Of a stretch of DNA of 64,000 bases, positions 39,016-53,781 are shown piece after piece. A model generated the notes under the pieces. It was not told the origin of the DNA. It searched no databases and was given only the letters and a program-made list of their open reading frames with translations. The number at the start of each line of letters is the position of its first letter. The stretch's first letter is position 1. The stretch is taken from contig OZ024748.1 in the NCBI GenBank assembly GCA_964016885.1, positions 3,286,001 to 3,350,000 on the forward strand, read 5' to 3'. Both the position numbers and the translations under genes were made by a program. The DNA comes from Eledone cirrhosa. Lineage: Eukaryota.

Positions 39016-40469
39016 CAACAAAAAAATACCCAGTCCATGCTGTATTACAAAAAACACCCAGACCACCTTGAAGGGACATCCAACTTTAGAAACCAAACCC
39101 AAAATGGGGCCTGGTCACCTGAGCTGTTTAACCCCAGAACATGACATCCTATCATGGAAACTAAGACATTAGATGTGGGATGATGATGTGGAATGGCTTA
39201 ACATAAACGGTGAGGAACATTCCTATATAAGAATGGTCCGATGCAGTGTTGCAGAGAGGAGTATGTTATGCTATCGACATGTGATGTATATCATAAAGAG
39301 GCAACTGTATAAAGAAGAAATGGAGAGAAATCTGAATGGATGAGGACTTGTAGTGACTATAAGCCTAGGAAGACATAGGATGAATGGAATCAGTGAAGAC
39401 CAACCTAAGGAAGCTGAACCTTATGACAGAAATGACAAAGGACCACAAAGGTTGGTGACATGAGGCACTCCTCTGGCCTGTCATAATCCAAGAACCCTAA
39501 TCTCTAGGCCATGGCCTTTATAATACACTTGTCCCCCAGTATTTGCAGGGGTTACTTTTCTAGAGCACCCGCGAAGAGTGAAAAACTGCAAATATTGGAC
39601 ATGGTCCATAAAAATGCCTATAAATGTCAAAATATAACATTAAATATAATAAAAAAAGAGGGAGAGTCTTATGTGAAGGGGCGTCCAATACAGTATATAG
39701 TTATTAATAATTTAACATCAAAAAAATATATATTGCCACGAAAAAAGCAACTAGAAGAATTGTGGAAGATATTTACAGTGGTTTCCACAAACAATTATTA
39801 GTTAGGTTCTAAGGAAAATACCTCGAATGCCAAGGGTACACTGTGTATATAAATAAATTTATATATATACACACACACATACACATAGAGTATGCCCCAA
39901 AAATGTATATATACGTTGATTACCTGTACAGGCAATATTTATCAGAATGCTGTTGAAGAGTGTATACATTTTGGGGGGACACCCTGTGTATATGAAGCAA
40001 TGTGATATTATATTTAATAAATGATAGTGTTGAGAAAGCCAATGTAATAGATATAGATATATAAAGATGATATCAGGGTAAAAAGGATGACAAAAAAGGA
40101 ATGTTTCCTGCTATGTATTTCATCTTTACCTTGAAATGTCAAGATAAAATATATAAGGTAAAAACATTGTATTATTTTGTCATGTGGATTGGCAGTATCG
40201 GTAGAGTGTCGGACGCCATGCTTTCTAGCATAGTTACGTCCCTTTACGATCTGAGTTCAAATCCCGCCGAGGTTAACTTTGCCTTTCATCCTTACGGGGT
40301 CGATAAAATAAAGTACCAGTAATGCACTGGGTAATTGCTGGCCTTGTGCCTGAAGTAGAAACAATTATTTTGTCATCCTTTTTACCCCGATATCATCTTC
40401 ATATTTCTATCTGCTTTGTACTGGATTTCTCAATTCTATCATTTATTATATATGATATCACATTCCTTC

Positions 40470-40514
<45 letters not shown>

Positions 40515-40784
40515 CATATATATATACATATATGCACCCAGCCCACACTGTAAAGTGGACGTGTAGGCACCACGAAAAAGCACCCAGCACTCACTGTAAA
40601 TGAGGTTGGTGTTAGGAAGGGCATCCAGCTGTAGAAATCAAGCCAGATCAGTTCCTGTATGAGCAAGGCATGGTCAGCCGACCAGACACTGCCCACAACA
40701 GGACAACCCGTCTAACCCATGCTAGCGTGGAAGAACGGACGTAAAACGGTGATGATGATGATGATGATGATATATATATATATA

Positions 40785-41462
40785 TCATCATCATCATCAT
40801 CATCAACGTTTAACGTCCGTGTTCCACGCTTGCATGGGTTTGGACGGGGGTAGTCCCACTTGAGGCAAGAGTGATTGTCTTGCTCGCATAGGACTGTCTG
40901 GCAGGTTTTCTACAGTTGGATGCCCTTCCTAACACCAACCACATTTACAGTGTGGGTCTGGGAGGTTTTTACCGTGTTGCCTACACGGCCACATTACAGC
41001 GTGGACTGTGTGTTTTTTTGTCGTGACACCTACACGATCTCATTTGTTTCGGCCTCGATGGCGCGGCACCAACATAACTTTACATAGAACGGGGTGGTGT
41101 GGATCGGGTGGGGGTGGGGGTGGTGGGACGGGGTGTATTTTGTTAGAGATGCCTACTGGCTGGAGTAGGTTTTACTATATATTTAGGTAAGGCGGGTCTT
41201 CTCTGTTACTGAGTACCGCCAAAGGTCTCGGTCCAGTGACATTGTCTTGGAGAGGTGTAAGTGTGTGATGTCGGAGTTTATCAGCTCGTCCCAGGTTTTT
41301 CTAGGTCTGCCTATTCCGTGACTACCGTCTATCTTTATTGCCCTGCACTTTGTTATACAGCTATCGACTTTCATGCGCATCACGTGTCCATACCAACGTA
41401 GCCTTCTCTCGAGTAAACAACATCTGATCCCTCTTATCTCTAATTTATTCCTTAGTTCGTTT
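40785..41462 (-). mobile_element. 5'-truncated RTE-clade LINE
   Basis: [29 protein letters not shown]...GRPRKTW; 3' UTR and (GAT)n tail. Related fragments at 25875-26340 (-), 39190-39460 (+) and 40535-40770 (+). Confidence 0.9.
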
Positions 41463-41517
41463 ACATATATATATATACACATATATATATACACATATAT
41501 ATATATATATACACACA

Positions 41518-41550
<33 letters not shown>

Positions 41551-41724
41551 GTACATATATATATTCACACACACACACATATATATATATAAATATATAT
41601 GTACATGTGTGTGAGTACATATATATATATAAATACATATATATATAAATACATATATATATAAATACATATATATATATATATATATATAAATACATAT
41701 ATATATAAATACATATATATATAA

Positions 41725-41769
<45 letters not shown>

Positions 41770-42467
41770 TGTGTACACATACACCCTGCTACTATATAAC
41801 AGGAGAGAAGTATATACATTATATAAGGATGACAAAGCAGCACTGAATATATACCTCCCACCACTCCTCTCCACTGCAACCTTCACTGCCACAAGACAAT
41901 GATCAGAGTTTGTTTGGTCATGGTCAAGTACCTACCTAGGGCTAAACAACAACAACTACAACAAGCACAATTGGGACTGACCTGTCAAATATACTAATGT
42001 AAGAATTGGTGTGTGGTGGATCAGAAGACTTGGGGCTGAACCACTACCACCACCACCACCACCACCACTACCACCACTACCACCACTACCACCACCACTA
42101 CTACAACCACCACCACCACCACCACCACTACCACCACCACCACCACTACCACCACCACTACTACAACCACCACCACCACCACCACCACTACCACCACCAC
42201 CACCACTACCACCACTACCACCACCACTACTACAACCACCACCACCACCACCACCACCACTACCACCACTACCACCACTACCACCACCACTACTACAACC
42301 ACCACTACTATAACCACCACCACCACCACTACCACCACCACCACAACCACAACCACAACCACTACTACTATAGAAATGGCACACTGCCAAAAATATGGTC
42401 AGGAAGTCAGCATGTATAGAACATACCAATGAACGAATACAAGTTGAAAAAGATACATTTGATACAT

Positions 42468-42514
<47 letters not shown>

Positions 42515-43591
42515 CACACACACACATACGTACACACACACAGGTGCATATGTACATGCACACACACAAGTGCATATGTACATGCACACAAATACACACA
42601 GGTGCATATGTACATGCACACAAATACACACAGGTGCATATGTACATGCACACACACATATATATATATATATGTACACACACATATATATATATATATA
42701 TGTACACACACACACACGTGTGTACATGCCGAAACTGTACTTGAAATGCTAAAGTGGTATGTATAAATAATTGAATAAGTAGCACACATACATACACACA
42801 CATATGTACACACACACACACACATAATTAAATGTGCACACATACATACATGACACCCATTAGTATATGTACATGCATGTTTACGCACACACATGTACAC
42901 CCATTCATATATCTGCACACACATACATTCGTGCATGCACACGCACACACACATTAATATATATGCACACATACACACACATATACATACACTCTATCCT
43001 TTAGTGTCAGAATTGTGTAAGGAATTATTTATTGGTAACACACACACACACACACATTCATCATATACACACTCTCTCTCTCTTTCACACAAACACACAA
43101 TATTCAGTGCCAAAAGAATGTATGTATACTTATAAACACACATGCTCACATATACAAAGGCATAAGCACACATACACACACACTCCCCCTCTCTAACACA
43201 CACTCTTTCCCACACATACACAATCACATATGCACATGCATCCCCCTCTCTCTCTAACACACACACACTCTTTCTCGCACACACACACAATATTATTCAG
43301 AGCCAAAACTATATTAAAAATCCTTCATTAGTGTTTATGTATGAATATATAACACACACACACACACACAAACACATGCTCACATATATCAATACACAGA
43401 CACACACACACACATGTTCACATATAGACACACACACACACAAACATACACAGACACACACGCACAGATGGTCACATATACTGATACACAGACACACACA
43501 CATGTTCACATATAGCGATACACACACACAGTAATCCTTAGTGCCTAAACTATATCATAAAATCCTTCAGTCATATGTATGATTGACATAA

Positions 43592-44885
43592 ATACACACA
43601 CTTCCACATACAGAGACACACACTTCCACATACACTTCCACATACAGACACACACTTCCACATACAGACACATACTTCCACATACAGAGACACACACTTC
43701 CACATACACTTCCACATACAGACACACACTTCCACATACAAAGACACACACTTCCACATACAGACACACACTTCCACATACAGACACACACTTCCACATA
43801 CAGAGACACACTTCCACATACAAAGACACACACTTCCACATACAGACACACACTTCCACATACAGAGACACACTTCCACATACAGAGACACACTTCCACA
43901 TACAGAGACACACTTCCACATACAGACACACACTTCCACATACAGAGACACACTTCCACATACAGAGACACACTTCCACATACAGACACACACTTCCACA
44001 TACAGAGACACACTTCCACATACAGACACACACTTCCACATACAGAGACACACCTCCACATACAGACACACACTTCCACATACAGAGACACACTTCCACA
44101 TACAGACACACTTCCACATACAGAGACACACTTCCACATACAGACACACACTTCCACATACAGAGACACACTTCCACATACAGAGACACACTTCCACATA
44201 CAGACACACTTCCACATACAGAGACACACTTCCACATACAGAGACACACACTTCCACGTACAGACACACACACTTCCACATACAGAGACACACACTTCCA
44301 CATACAGACACACACTTCCACATACAGAGACACACCTCCACATACAGAGACACACTTCCACATACAGACACACACTTCCACATACAGAGACACACTTCCA
44401 CATAAAGAGACATACACTTCCACGTACAGACACACACACTTCCACATACAGAGACACACACTTCCACATACAGACACACAGAGACACACTTCCACATACA
44501 GAGACACACTTCCACATACAGACACACACTTCCACATACAGAGACACACTTCCACATACAGAGACACACACTTCCACGTACAGACACACACACTTCCACG
44601 TACAGAGACACACACTTCCACATACAGACACACACTTCCACATACAGAGACACACTTCCACATACAGAGACACACTTCCACATACAGACACACACTTCCA
44701 CATACAGAGACACACTTCCACATACAGAGACACACACTTCCACATACAGACACACACTTCCACATACAGAGACACACTTCCACATACAGAGACACACTTC
44801 CACATACACAGACACACACTTCCACATACAGAGACACACACTTCCACATACAGAGACACACACTTCCACATACAGACACACACAC
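43592..44885. repeat. 18-22-bp minisatellite
   Basis: Unit cacacttccacatacaga(g/c)a with variable CA count; explains ORFs 43545-45048. Confidence 0.95.
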
Positions 44886-45167
44886 AATCACAAACAATGT
44901 TACACACTTTCACATACACACAAATACACACATCACACACACAAACAAACGTACACACAAACACACAGAAAGACACACTTTCACAAATACACACAAACAC
45001 ATAAACACAAACACACATCACACACACAAACACACATCACACATATGACATACACACTTTCACATACACTCAGGCAATATTCCTTAGTCTCAAAACTATA
45101 TATTCCAAAATCCTTCATTAGAGAAAAAGTGTGTGAATATATGTAAATATATATGTATATATGAATG

Positions 45168-45208
<41 letters not shown>

Positions 45209-45514
45209 ACATGTGCTTGTATGTACACATGTGTATGTGTATGTATGACTATGTTTGCATGTATGTATATATGTGTATATGTATGTGAATGAATGAATGT
45301 ATATATGTATGACTTTATGTTTGTATATATATATATATGTATATATGTGTGTGTGTGTGCCTGTGTGTGTGTATACATATATATGTGTACGTGTGTGTGT
45401 GTAGTAAAATCAATAAGACGGTTTCACCTAATTCTGCCTGGTTGATGGCCAGGAAGAATGTCAATAATTTTAATCAAAACTCAATGGTGGCAGAGAAACT
45501 GAGTTTTAATACAA

Positions 45515-46950
45515 ACTACATACTGTACTGTGTCACACCACCACCACTACTGTCACACCACCGCTACATACTGTACTGTGTCACACCACCACCACTACTG
45601 TCACACCACCGCTACATACTGTACTGTGTCACACCACCACCACTACTGTCACACCACCGCTACATACTGTACTGTGTCACACCACCACCACTACTGTCAC
45701 ACCACCGCTACATACTGTACTGTGTCACACCACCACCACTACTGTCACACCACCACTACATACTGTACTGTGTCACACCACCACCACTACTGTCACACCA
45801 CCACTACATACTGTACTGTGTCACACCACCACCACTACTGTCACACCACCACTACATACTGTGTCACACCACCACCACTACTGTCACACCACCACTACAT
45901 ACTGTACTGTGTCACACCACCACCACTACTGTCACACCACCACTACATACTGTACTGTGTCACACCACCACCACTACTGTCACACCACCACTACATACTG
46001 TACTGTGTCACACCACCACCACTACTGTCACACCACCACTACATACTGTACTGTGTCACACCACCACCACTACTGTCACACCACCACTACATACTGTACT
46101 GTGTCACACCACCACCACTACTGTCACACCACCACTACATACTGTACTGTGTCACACCACCACCACTACTGTCACACCACCACTACATACTGTACTGTGT
46201 CACACCACCACCACTACTGTCACACCACCACTACATACTGTACTGTGTCACACCACCACCACTACTGTCGCACCACCACTACATACTGTACTGTGTCACA
46301 CCACCACCACTACTGTCACACCACCACTACATACTGTACTGTGTCACACCACCACCACTACTGTCACACCACCACTACATACTGTACTGTCACACCACCA
46401 CCACTACTGTCACACCACCATTACATACTGTACTGTGTCACGCCACCACCACTACTGTCACACCACCACTACATACTGTACTGTGTCACACCACCACCAC
46501 TACTGTCACACCACCACTACATACTGTACTGTGTCACACCACCACCACTACTGTCACACCACCACTACATACTGTACTGTGTCACACCACCACCACTACT
46601 GTCACACCACCACTACATACTGTACTGTGTCACACCACCACCACTACTGTCACACCACCACTACATACTGTACTGTGTCACACCACCACCACTACTGTCA
46701 CACCACCACTACATACTGTACTGTGTCACATACACCACCACCAACACCACACTGTATTGTGTCACACCACCACTACTGTACTGTGTCACATACACCACCA
46801 CCAACACCACTACTGTGCTGTCACACCACCACTACATACTGTACTGTGTCACACCACCACCACTACTGTCCAACCACCACTACTGTACTGTGTCACATAC
46901 ACCACCACCAACACCACACTGTATTGCCACACCACCACCACCACCACCAC
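45515..46950. repeat. 48-bp minisatellite
   Basis: Unit tacatactgtactgtgtcacaccaccaccactactgtcacaccaccac; explains ORFs 45337-47111. Confidence 0.95.
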
Positions 46951-47262
46951 CACCTGTCTACCTGTCACTCTCTGTCTGTCTGTCTGTCTATCTCTCTCTC
47001 ACTTTGAAGCACTTATATTTCTCATTTATTATTTTGTGGTATAAAGTTACATCCCATCAAGTTCTGAGTTCAAATTCCACTGAGATTAGATTTGTCTTTC
47101 ACCCTTACTAGATCAATAAAATAAAGTACCAGTAATGCACTGGGGTCAATTTAATCGACTTTCACCCCCCCCCCCCTCCACAATTGATGGCCTTGTGCCT
47201 AAATCAGAAATTATTATTATTATTTTGTTCAAGCTCCAATTATAACATACTGGGTAACAGTA

Positions 47263-47337
<75 letters not shown>

Positions 47338-47811
47338 AAGGGAGAGAGAGAGAGCAAGGGAGAGATAGAGGGGGGGGGGGGGGTTAGAGAAATAAAAACA
47401 ACAACAAAGTAATATTCCTCTGGCAAAATAAATAAAATACAATAAAATACAATAAAATGAAAGAAAGTGAAGAATATTTGTTGTATTTGGTAGAGTTTGG
47501 TTGGTATTTAATACTGAAGTATTATAATTAGATATATTGGAATATTGGGGGGGGGGGGGTAATGATGTTGGTGATATTTAAGACAGTTTGTATTTGGAGC
47601 CTTTATCATGACACCAGCACAACCACCTTATAGGTTAGAGTGGATGCTTTTTGTCATGGCATCACAAGGACCACCTTACAAATAGAGGTTGTGCACATGT
47701 GTCTATGTGTGTATGTGTGTTTATATGGCAATGTGTGTATGTGTGTGTGTGTGTTTGATGAATCTTTTTGGAGTTTTTTTTCAATCGATAAATCAATATT
47801 ATTGAACTCAC

Positions 47812-48000
47812 CTGCAGCATGGTTGAGAGAGTGCCGTAGGGGGCTGGTTAATCCATCACCTAATACACCGAGACCTCCGAATGAGGGGGGAATTGGAAAA
47901 CCAGGGGGGTGGCCAAGCATTGAAAAAGCACTCGGCATATGAGCCAGATGTGGGAAAGCGAGGCTGCTGGTAACAGATGCAGGACCAAACGCCGCTGAAC
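47812..48000 (-). CDS. BAZ2B: BAZ2B-like exon (N-terminal conserved block)
   Basis: TTTTCAG acceptor, GTGAGT donor, 189 nt, phase 1-1. Peptide PSAFSMLGHPPGFPIPPSFGGLGVLG resembles the vertebrate BAZ2B N-terminal SSAFPMVSHP...FGGLGTLG block (from recall). Splices in frame to 28635. Confidence 0.85.
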
Positions 48001-48446
48001 CTGAAAACAATGGAAATAAAACAACAATTATTACATTTTTCATAGTATGTTTAGCTTAAAGTAAGCTGTTTCAATGTAGGTTTTTAGAGTATGAAAATAA
48101 TTAGACAAATTGGACATACAAGCCCCTAGAGACAGAGAAAGCCCCTAGAGACAGGGAAAATGGATAGCCATTATTATATAACATACCAGAAACTAAAGGA
48201 GGCTTGAATTAACCACTAAGAATCTTGATATAATTGATATTAGGACATTATATTAAATACTACAGGTAAAAAAGTAGTACTTTTTATTTTATTGATCCTC
48301 CACAAGTAGCAAGACAGTGTCCGACCCATGCTAGAAGGAAAACTTGGACATGATATGTGTTTCTGTATATGTGTGTGTGAATATATATATATATTATAAT
48401 AAAATAACAGGAGGCTGGACTTGTGTAAATCCTTGAAAGGTTTATT

Positions 48447-48504
48447 ATACTATGATCATTTCAATGACCGGGTTCCGTGTGAATCCGGTGACATCATCAG
48501 GTAT
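48447..48504 (-). ncRNA. Type I hammerhead ribozyme motif
   Basis: AUAC-CUGAUGA-[...ACCGG AUUC ACACG GAAC CCGGU...]-GAAA-UGAUCA-U-A-GUAU; palindromic stem III AUGAUCAU. Confidence 0.82.
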
Positions 48505-48833
48505 TCGAAATATAATAAATGAATGTAACAGATAAAATCCATGGGGCTGAAAATCGAGACCCGAGGACGACCGACCATCTAGCATCTTCCACTTTAGCCG
48601 GTCACCCTCAAGTGCTGCCCATCCGGCCTACTTAAGGCTATCTGGTGATATATATATGTAGGAAAGAGTCAGGACCCCGACAGTTGAACTCCGCCCGTTT
48701 CGACAACCAGGTCTACACGAGCCGGAGCTCAGCCGTCGAGGTCCTGACTCTTTTCCTATTACCCATTCTACTAGCCAGTATCGAGTACTTTGGTGCGTCA
48801 TGGTTCACCTGGTTCCTTACCACACTTCCTTCG

Positions 48834-48881
<48 letters not shown>

Positions 48882-49286
48882 AAAGCAGAATAAAATAGGT
48901 TGGTAACTATTCTAAGTGTAACACTGAAACTAATTTAAGTGGGAAGCAAAAATAGATATTGTGGTAATACCAGGCAAGATTGATACAACAACAACAACAA
49001 CACCAGCAACATAGAATAAAAGTAAATAAATAAATAAGTAAATAAAGGTGATTGGGTTTACAATATTGATTTCCTGAAAAAATTATTTCAAGTGCAAAAA
49101 CAAGAGAAAGTCATAGAAAACAACAACTTTACCAATTTTTGGGGGAAAGAACTGAATTGAGACTAAAAGATATTTTCCCAGACAAACAGGTCATATATCA
49201 AACATGGTGTCTTATATATATATGTGCATGTGTATATATATATATGTATATATGTGTATGTGTATATATATATATGTATATATGTG

Positions 49287-49344
<58 letters not shown>

Positions 49345-49440
49345 TATACATATGTATACATATATATATGTATACACATATATATATATATATATGTACA
49401 CACACATATATATATATATATATACACATATCACACACAC

Positions 49441-49477
<37 letters not shown>

Positions 49478-49488
49478 TATACACACAT

Positions 49489-49559
<71 letters not shown>

Positions 49560-49676
49560 CACACACACATATATATATATTGGAAAAAATATAAAAACAA
49601 AAACAAAATGGAAAATAAAAAAAATTAAAAACAAAAAATGAGAAAAAATGTGTGTGTATATGTGTGTGTGTGTGTA

Positions 49677-49715
<39 letters not shown>

Positions 49716-50388
49716 ATAACGAAATTGATATCATCATCATCATTGATTTGAGTTCTACAGAAGTGGAAAAAGATTTAGGATCGAGGTGGGGAGGGGGCAA
49801 TCAATTTTAATTAATGGCAAGAAAAAACAAAACAAAAACAATCTAGGAATAGTGTGTTGAAGCAGAGACACTGTTATAGTTTGGTAGGGTCATGTTGCCA
49901 ATAAAAACACATGCACCAGTTGGGTTTCACTTCTTAGTAATCAAATAATTAATAATTTTAGTAAAACCCTAAAAATTCCTTCATTAATTAATTGAAATAG
50001 AGTGTATTTCATTAGCAATGCAGTCATGAAAGGGTTAATTGTTGATTGTCATGTTAACTGTTAAAGTTCATTTGTAAGGAGACACAAAATAACTAGACAA
50101 GTCATTGAGAAGGTCACAAGATGTGTGATGAAAGAGCTTCGGCAAAAGATGTTCTACTTTCAACTAGAAAGGATTAAAGGCAATAGCTGGAACCAATATT
50201 ACCAAGCAGTCTAGCTGATGTTCTAATGACTCTCGGTCAATTTGCTGCTTTTTTAATTACAGAATCTTAAGAGTTAAATATATATATATATATATATATA
50301 TTTTTTCTTTTTTTTTCAGAGTGGTCTACCCTTGGTGGTAAGGTCCGTACTGTAGATAGAACTCAATGTAATGCAATGGCGAGTATTC

Positions 50389-50508
50389 CATTGTTTCCGA
50401 AGAAGAGGGTCTGATCGAACCTATATATGAGGTCTGATAGTATAGAGTTATATAACTGCTATAGATCAGACAATATGATCAAACCTCCGAAACGATCGTA
50501 AAACAATG
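50389..50508 (+). ncRNA. Hammerhead motif with about 85-nt stem II and U4C core change
   Basis: CAUUGUUU-CCGAAGA-(GAGG...CCUC closed insert)-GAAA-CGAUCG-U-A-AAACAAUG; perfect 8-bp stem I, palindromic stem III. Confidence 0.7.
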
Positions 50509-50565
50509 ATATGAATAGGTAAAATAACTTGACTGTTGTTTTTATTTTCATTGTTAATTTAATAC

Positions 50566-50623
<58 letters not shown>

Positions 50624-50627
<4 letters not shown>

Positions 50628-50827
50628 AACGAGTAGGGCCCCGACGGATGAGCTCAAGCCATTTCGACGGCTAATTCTGGACTAATTTAGTCCAGAATTA
50701 GCCGTCGAAACGGCTTGAGCTCAGCCGTCGGGGCCCTACTCGTTCCTATTACCCACTCTACTACCCTAAGTATTGAGTACTTTGGTGCGTTATGGTCCAC
50801 CTGGTTCCTTACCACATTTCCTTCGTT
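50624..50827 (+). mobile_element. GC-rich fold-back mini-element in (TA)n (other copies 24264-24474, 31946-32087, 48659-48835, decayed 13700-13872 minus)
   Basis: Arms of about 62 bp plus a conserved ~80-nt tail acccactctactaccctaagtattgagtac...ccttcgtta; copies abut (TA)n or (CA)n. Confidence 0.8.
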
Positions 50828-50839
50828 ATATATATATAC

Positions 50840-50871
<32 letters not shown>

Positions 50872-50973
50872 AAAAGGTAAACAGAAATAACAACACAATC
50901 GGTACACACACACACATATATGGTAGATATGTGTGAAATTACGGTGTAACCTTGACTTCATTCCTACTTGTAG

Positions 50974-51115
<142 letters not shown>

Positions 51116-51349
51116 GTAGTTGCCAAAGGTTTTTTTTTTCTAGTAATTTATTTTTTCTTCTTCTCAATTACTTCAAAATTCCCAACCATCAAAAATTTTT
51201 TTTAAATCATTTTCCAAATCTTCAACAACAAAACATAAATAAATAAATAAATAAATGAAGAAAAAAATTAATTTAAAATTAGAAAAAAAAAGGAGTTTCT
51301 ATTGTTTAGTGATTAGTAAAATATTATCTGTGGATGTCAGAATCTAATA

Positions 51350-51800
51350 TCTGTTATCATACCATCACTGTCACTGGTACTTTACTGGCACTACTGTTAC
51401 CCCCAGTATTACTACTGTTATCATACCACCACTGTCACTGGTACTTTACTGGCACTACTGTTACTCCAGTATTACCACTGGTATCATACCACCACTGTCA
51501 CTGGTACTTTACTGGCACTACTGTTACTCCAGTATTACCACTGGTATCATACCATCACTGTCACTGGTACTTTACTGGCACTACTGTTACTCCAGTATTA
51601 CCACTGGTATCATACCATCACTGTCACTGATACTTTACTGGCACTACTGTTACTCCAGTATTACCACTGGTATCATACCATCACTGTCACTGGTACTTTA
51701 CTGGCACTACTGTTACTCCAGTATTACCACTGGTATCATACCATCACTGTCACTGGTACTTTACTGGCACTACTGTTACTCCAGTATTACCACTGGTACT
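51350..51800. repeat. 63-bp minisatellite, about 7 copies
   Basis: Unit tatcataccatcactgtcactggtactttactggcactactgttactccagtattaccactgg. Confidence 0.92.
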
Positions 51801-51859
51801 CTACCATCTCCATTGATACCCCTAGCATTATCACTGGTACCCTATCATCATTGGCACAC

Positions 51860-53272
51860 CACCACCAGCATCATAACAAACAATACCATCAGCACCACAA
51901 CACCAACACTACCACAACAATAACAGTACAACACCACCACCACAACACCAACACCACAACAACACCATCAATACTACAACACCACCACCACCTTCATAAC
52001 CCTAACCAACAACACAACCACAACACCACCATCACCACTACTATAACGCCACTACCACTACCACAATACCACCATAACCACAACCACACCACCAAAACTG
52101 CCACAACACCACAACCAGCACCCCCACAGCCACCATACCACCACCACAACCACAATACCACCACCACCACCACCACCATAACACCGCCACCACCACCATA
52201 CCACCACCACCACCACCACCATACCACAACCACCATACCACCACAACCACCAACACCACAACCACCACCATACCACCACCACCACCACCAACACCAACAC
52301 CACCACCACAACCACCACAACCATCCATACCACCACCAACAACACCATACCACCACCACCACCACCACCACCACCACCACCATCATAACCCTAACCAACA
52401 ACACAGGAAACAAAACTATACAAGAGCCAACCAAATTGTTCAATTTATTTCTAAGATCATTTCCCAATATAATTTCTCACAAACTCCTGTCTGAAAAAAC
52501 CCATCTCCGTTATATGACAGCCTCTTGAGAAGATGTCATTATGGCTTTAGTTATAATCAAATTAACAAGCTACATAATAACAACAACAACAATAACAGTG
52601 GTAGTGGTGGTGGTGGTGTGGAGATGTAGTGGTGGTGGTGGTGTGGAGATGTAGTGGTGGTGGTGGTGTGGAGATGTAGTGGTGGTGGTGGTGGTGGTGT
52701 GGAGATGTAGTGGTGGTGGTGGTGGTGTGGAGATGTAGTGGTAGTGGTGGTGTGGAGGAGATGTAGTGGTGCGGAGGTGGTGGTGTGATGGTGGCGGTGT
52801 GGTGTAGTGGTGGTAGTGGTGGTGGAGGCGGTGTAGTATAGTGGTGGTGGTGGTGAAGGTGTAGATGTGGTGGTGGTGGTGGTAGTGGTGGTGGTGGTGT
52901 AGTGGTAGTGGTGAAGGTGTGGTGGTGGTGGTGGTGTGGAGGCGGTGGTATGGTGTAGTGGTGGTGGTGTAGGTGGTGAAGGGGTAGTGGTGGTGGTGTA
53001 GGTGGTGAAGGGGTAGTGGTGGTAGTGGTGGTGGTATAGGTGGTGAAGGGGTAGTGGTGGTGTAGGTGGTGAAGGGGTAGTGGTGGTAGTGGTGGTAGTG
53101 GTGGTAGTGATGGTAGTGGTGGTAGTGATGGTAGTGATGGTGGTGGTGGTGGTGGTGGTGGTGGTGGTGGTGGTAGTGGTGGTGGTGGTGGTAGTGATGG
53201 TAGTGATGGTGGTGGTGGTGGTGGTGGTGTAGGTGGTGAAGGGGTAGTGATGGTAGTGATGGTGGTGGTGGT
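51860..53272. repeat. Degenerate (CAC)n then (GTG)n trinucleotide fields (similar fields at 36010-36730, 42040-42370 and 59095-59860)
   Basis: Low-complexity ACC/GGT/GAT/GTA repeats; source of the poly-His/Thr/Val ORFs. Confidence 0.9.
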
Positions 53273-53348
53273 GAAAACAATAAATTTTAATGAATATTTT
53301 GGTGTGAATTTGGATATTATTGCTCATCATCATATATATTCCATATGT

Positions 53349-53422
<74 letters not shown>

Positions 53423-53441
53423 CACATACATATGAAATATA

Positions 53442-53486
<45 letters not shown>

Positions 53487-53518
53487 ATATACATATGAAA
53501 TATATAAGACTATATATA

Positions 53519-53583
<65 letters not shown>

Positions 53584-53710
53584 CTTACACAAATGTATGA
53601 CTAAGTTATTATATCATCATTTTATCTATATTGTGATTATCATCACTGCTACTACCATTACAATTGGTGGTGGTGGTAGTAGTAGTAGTAGTAGCAACAG
53701 CAGTAGTGAC

Positions 53711-53742
<32 letters not shown>

Positions 53743-53749
53743 CAACAGC

Positions 53750-53781
<32 letters not shown>

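Noticed and set aside
41855-41890. Minus-strand [12 protein letters not shown], reminiscent of the BAZ2B EWWR motif expected between exons 47812 and 28635
   Set aside because: The nearby AG/GT pair does not give a phase 1-1 exon in that frame, and the flanking exons already join in frame.
43545-47111. 400-550 aa ORFs in several frames
   Set aside because: Products of ~20-bp and 48-bp minisatellites; open in multiple frames with no splice or domain support.
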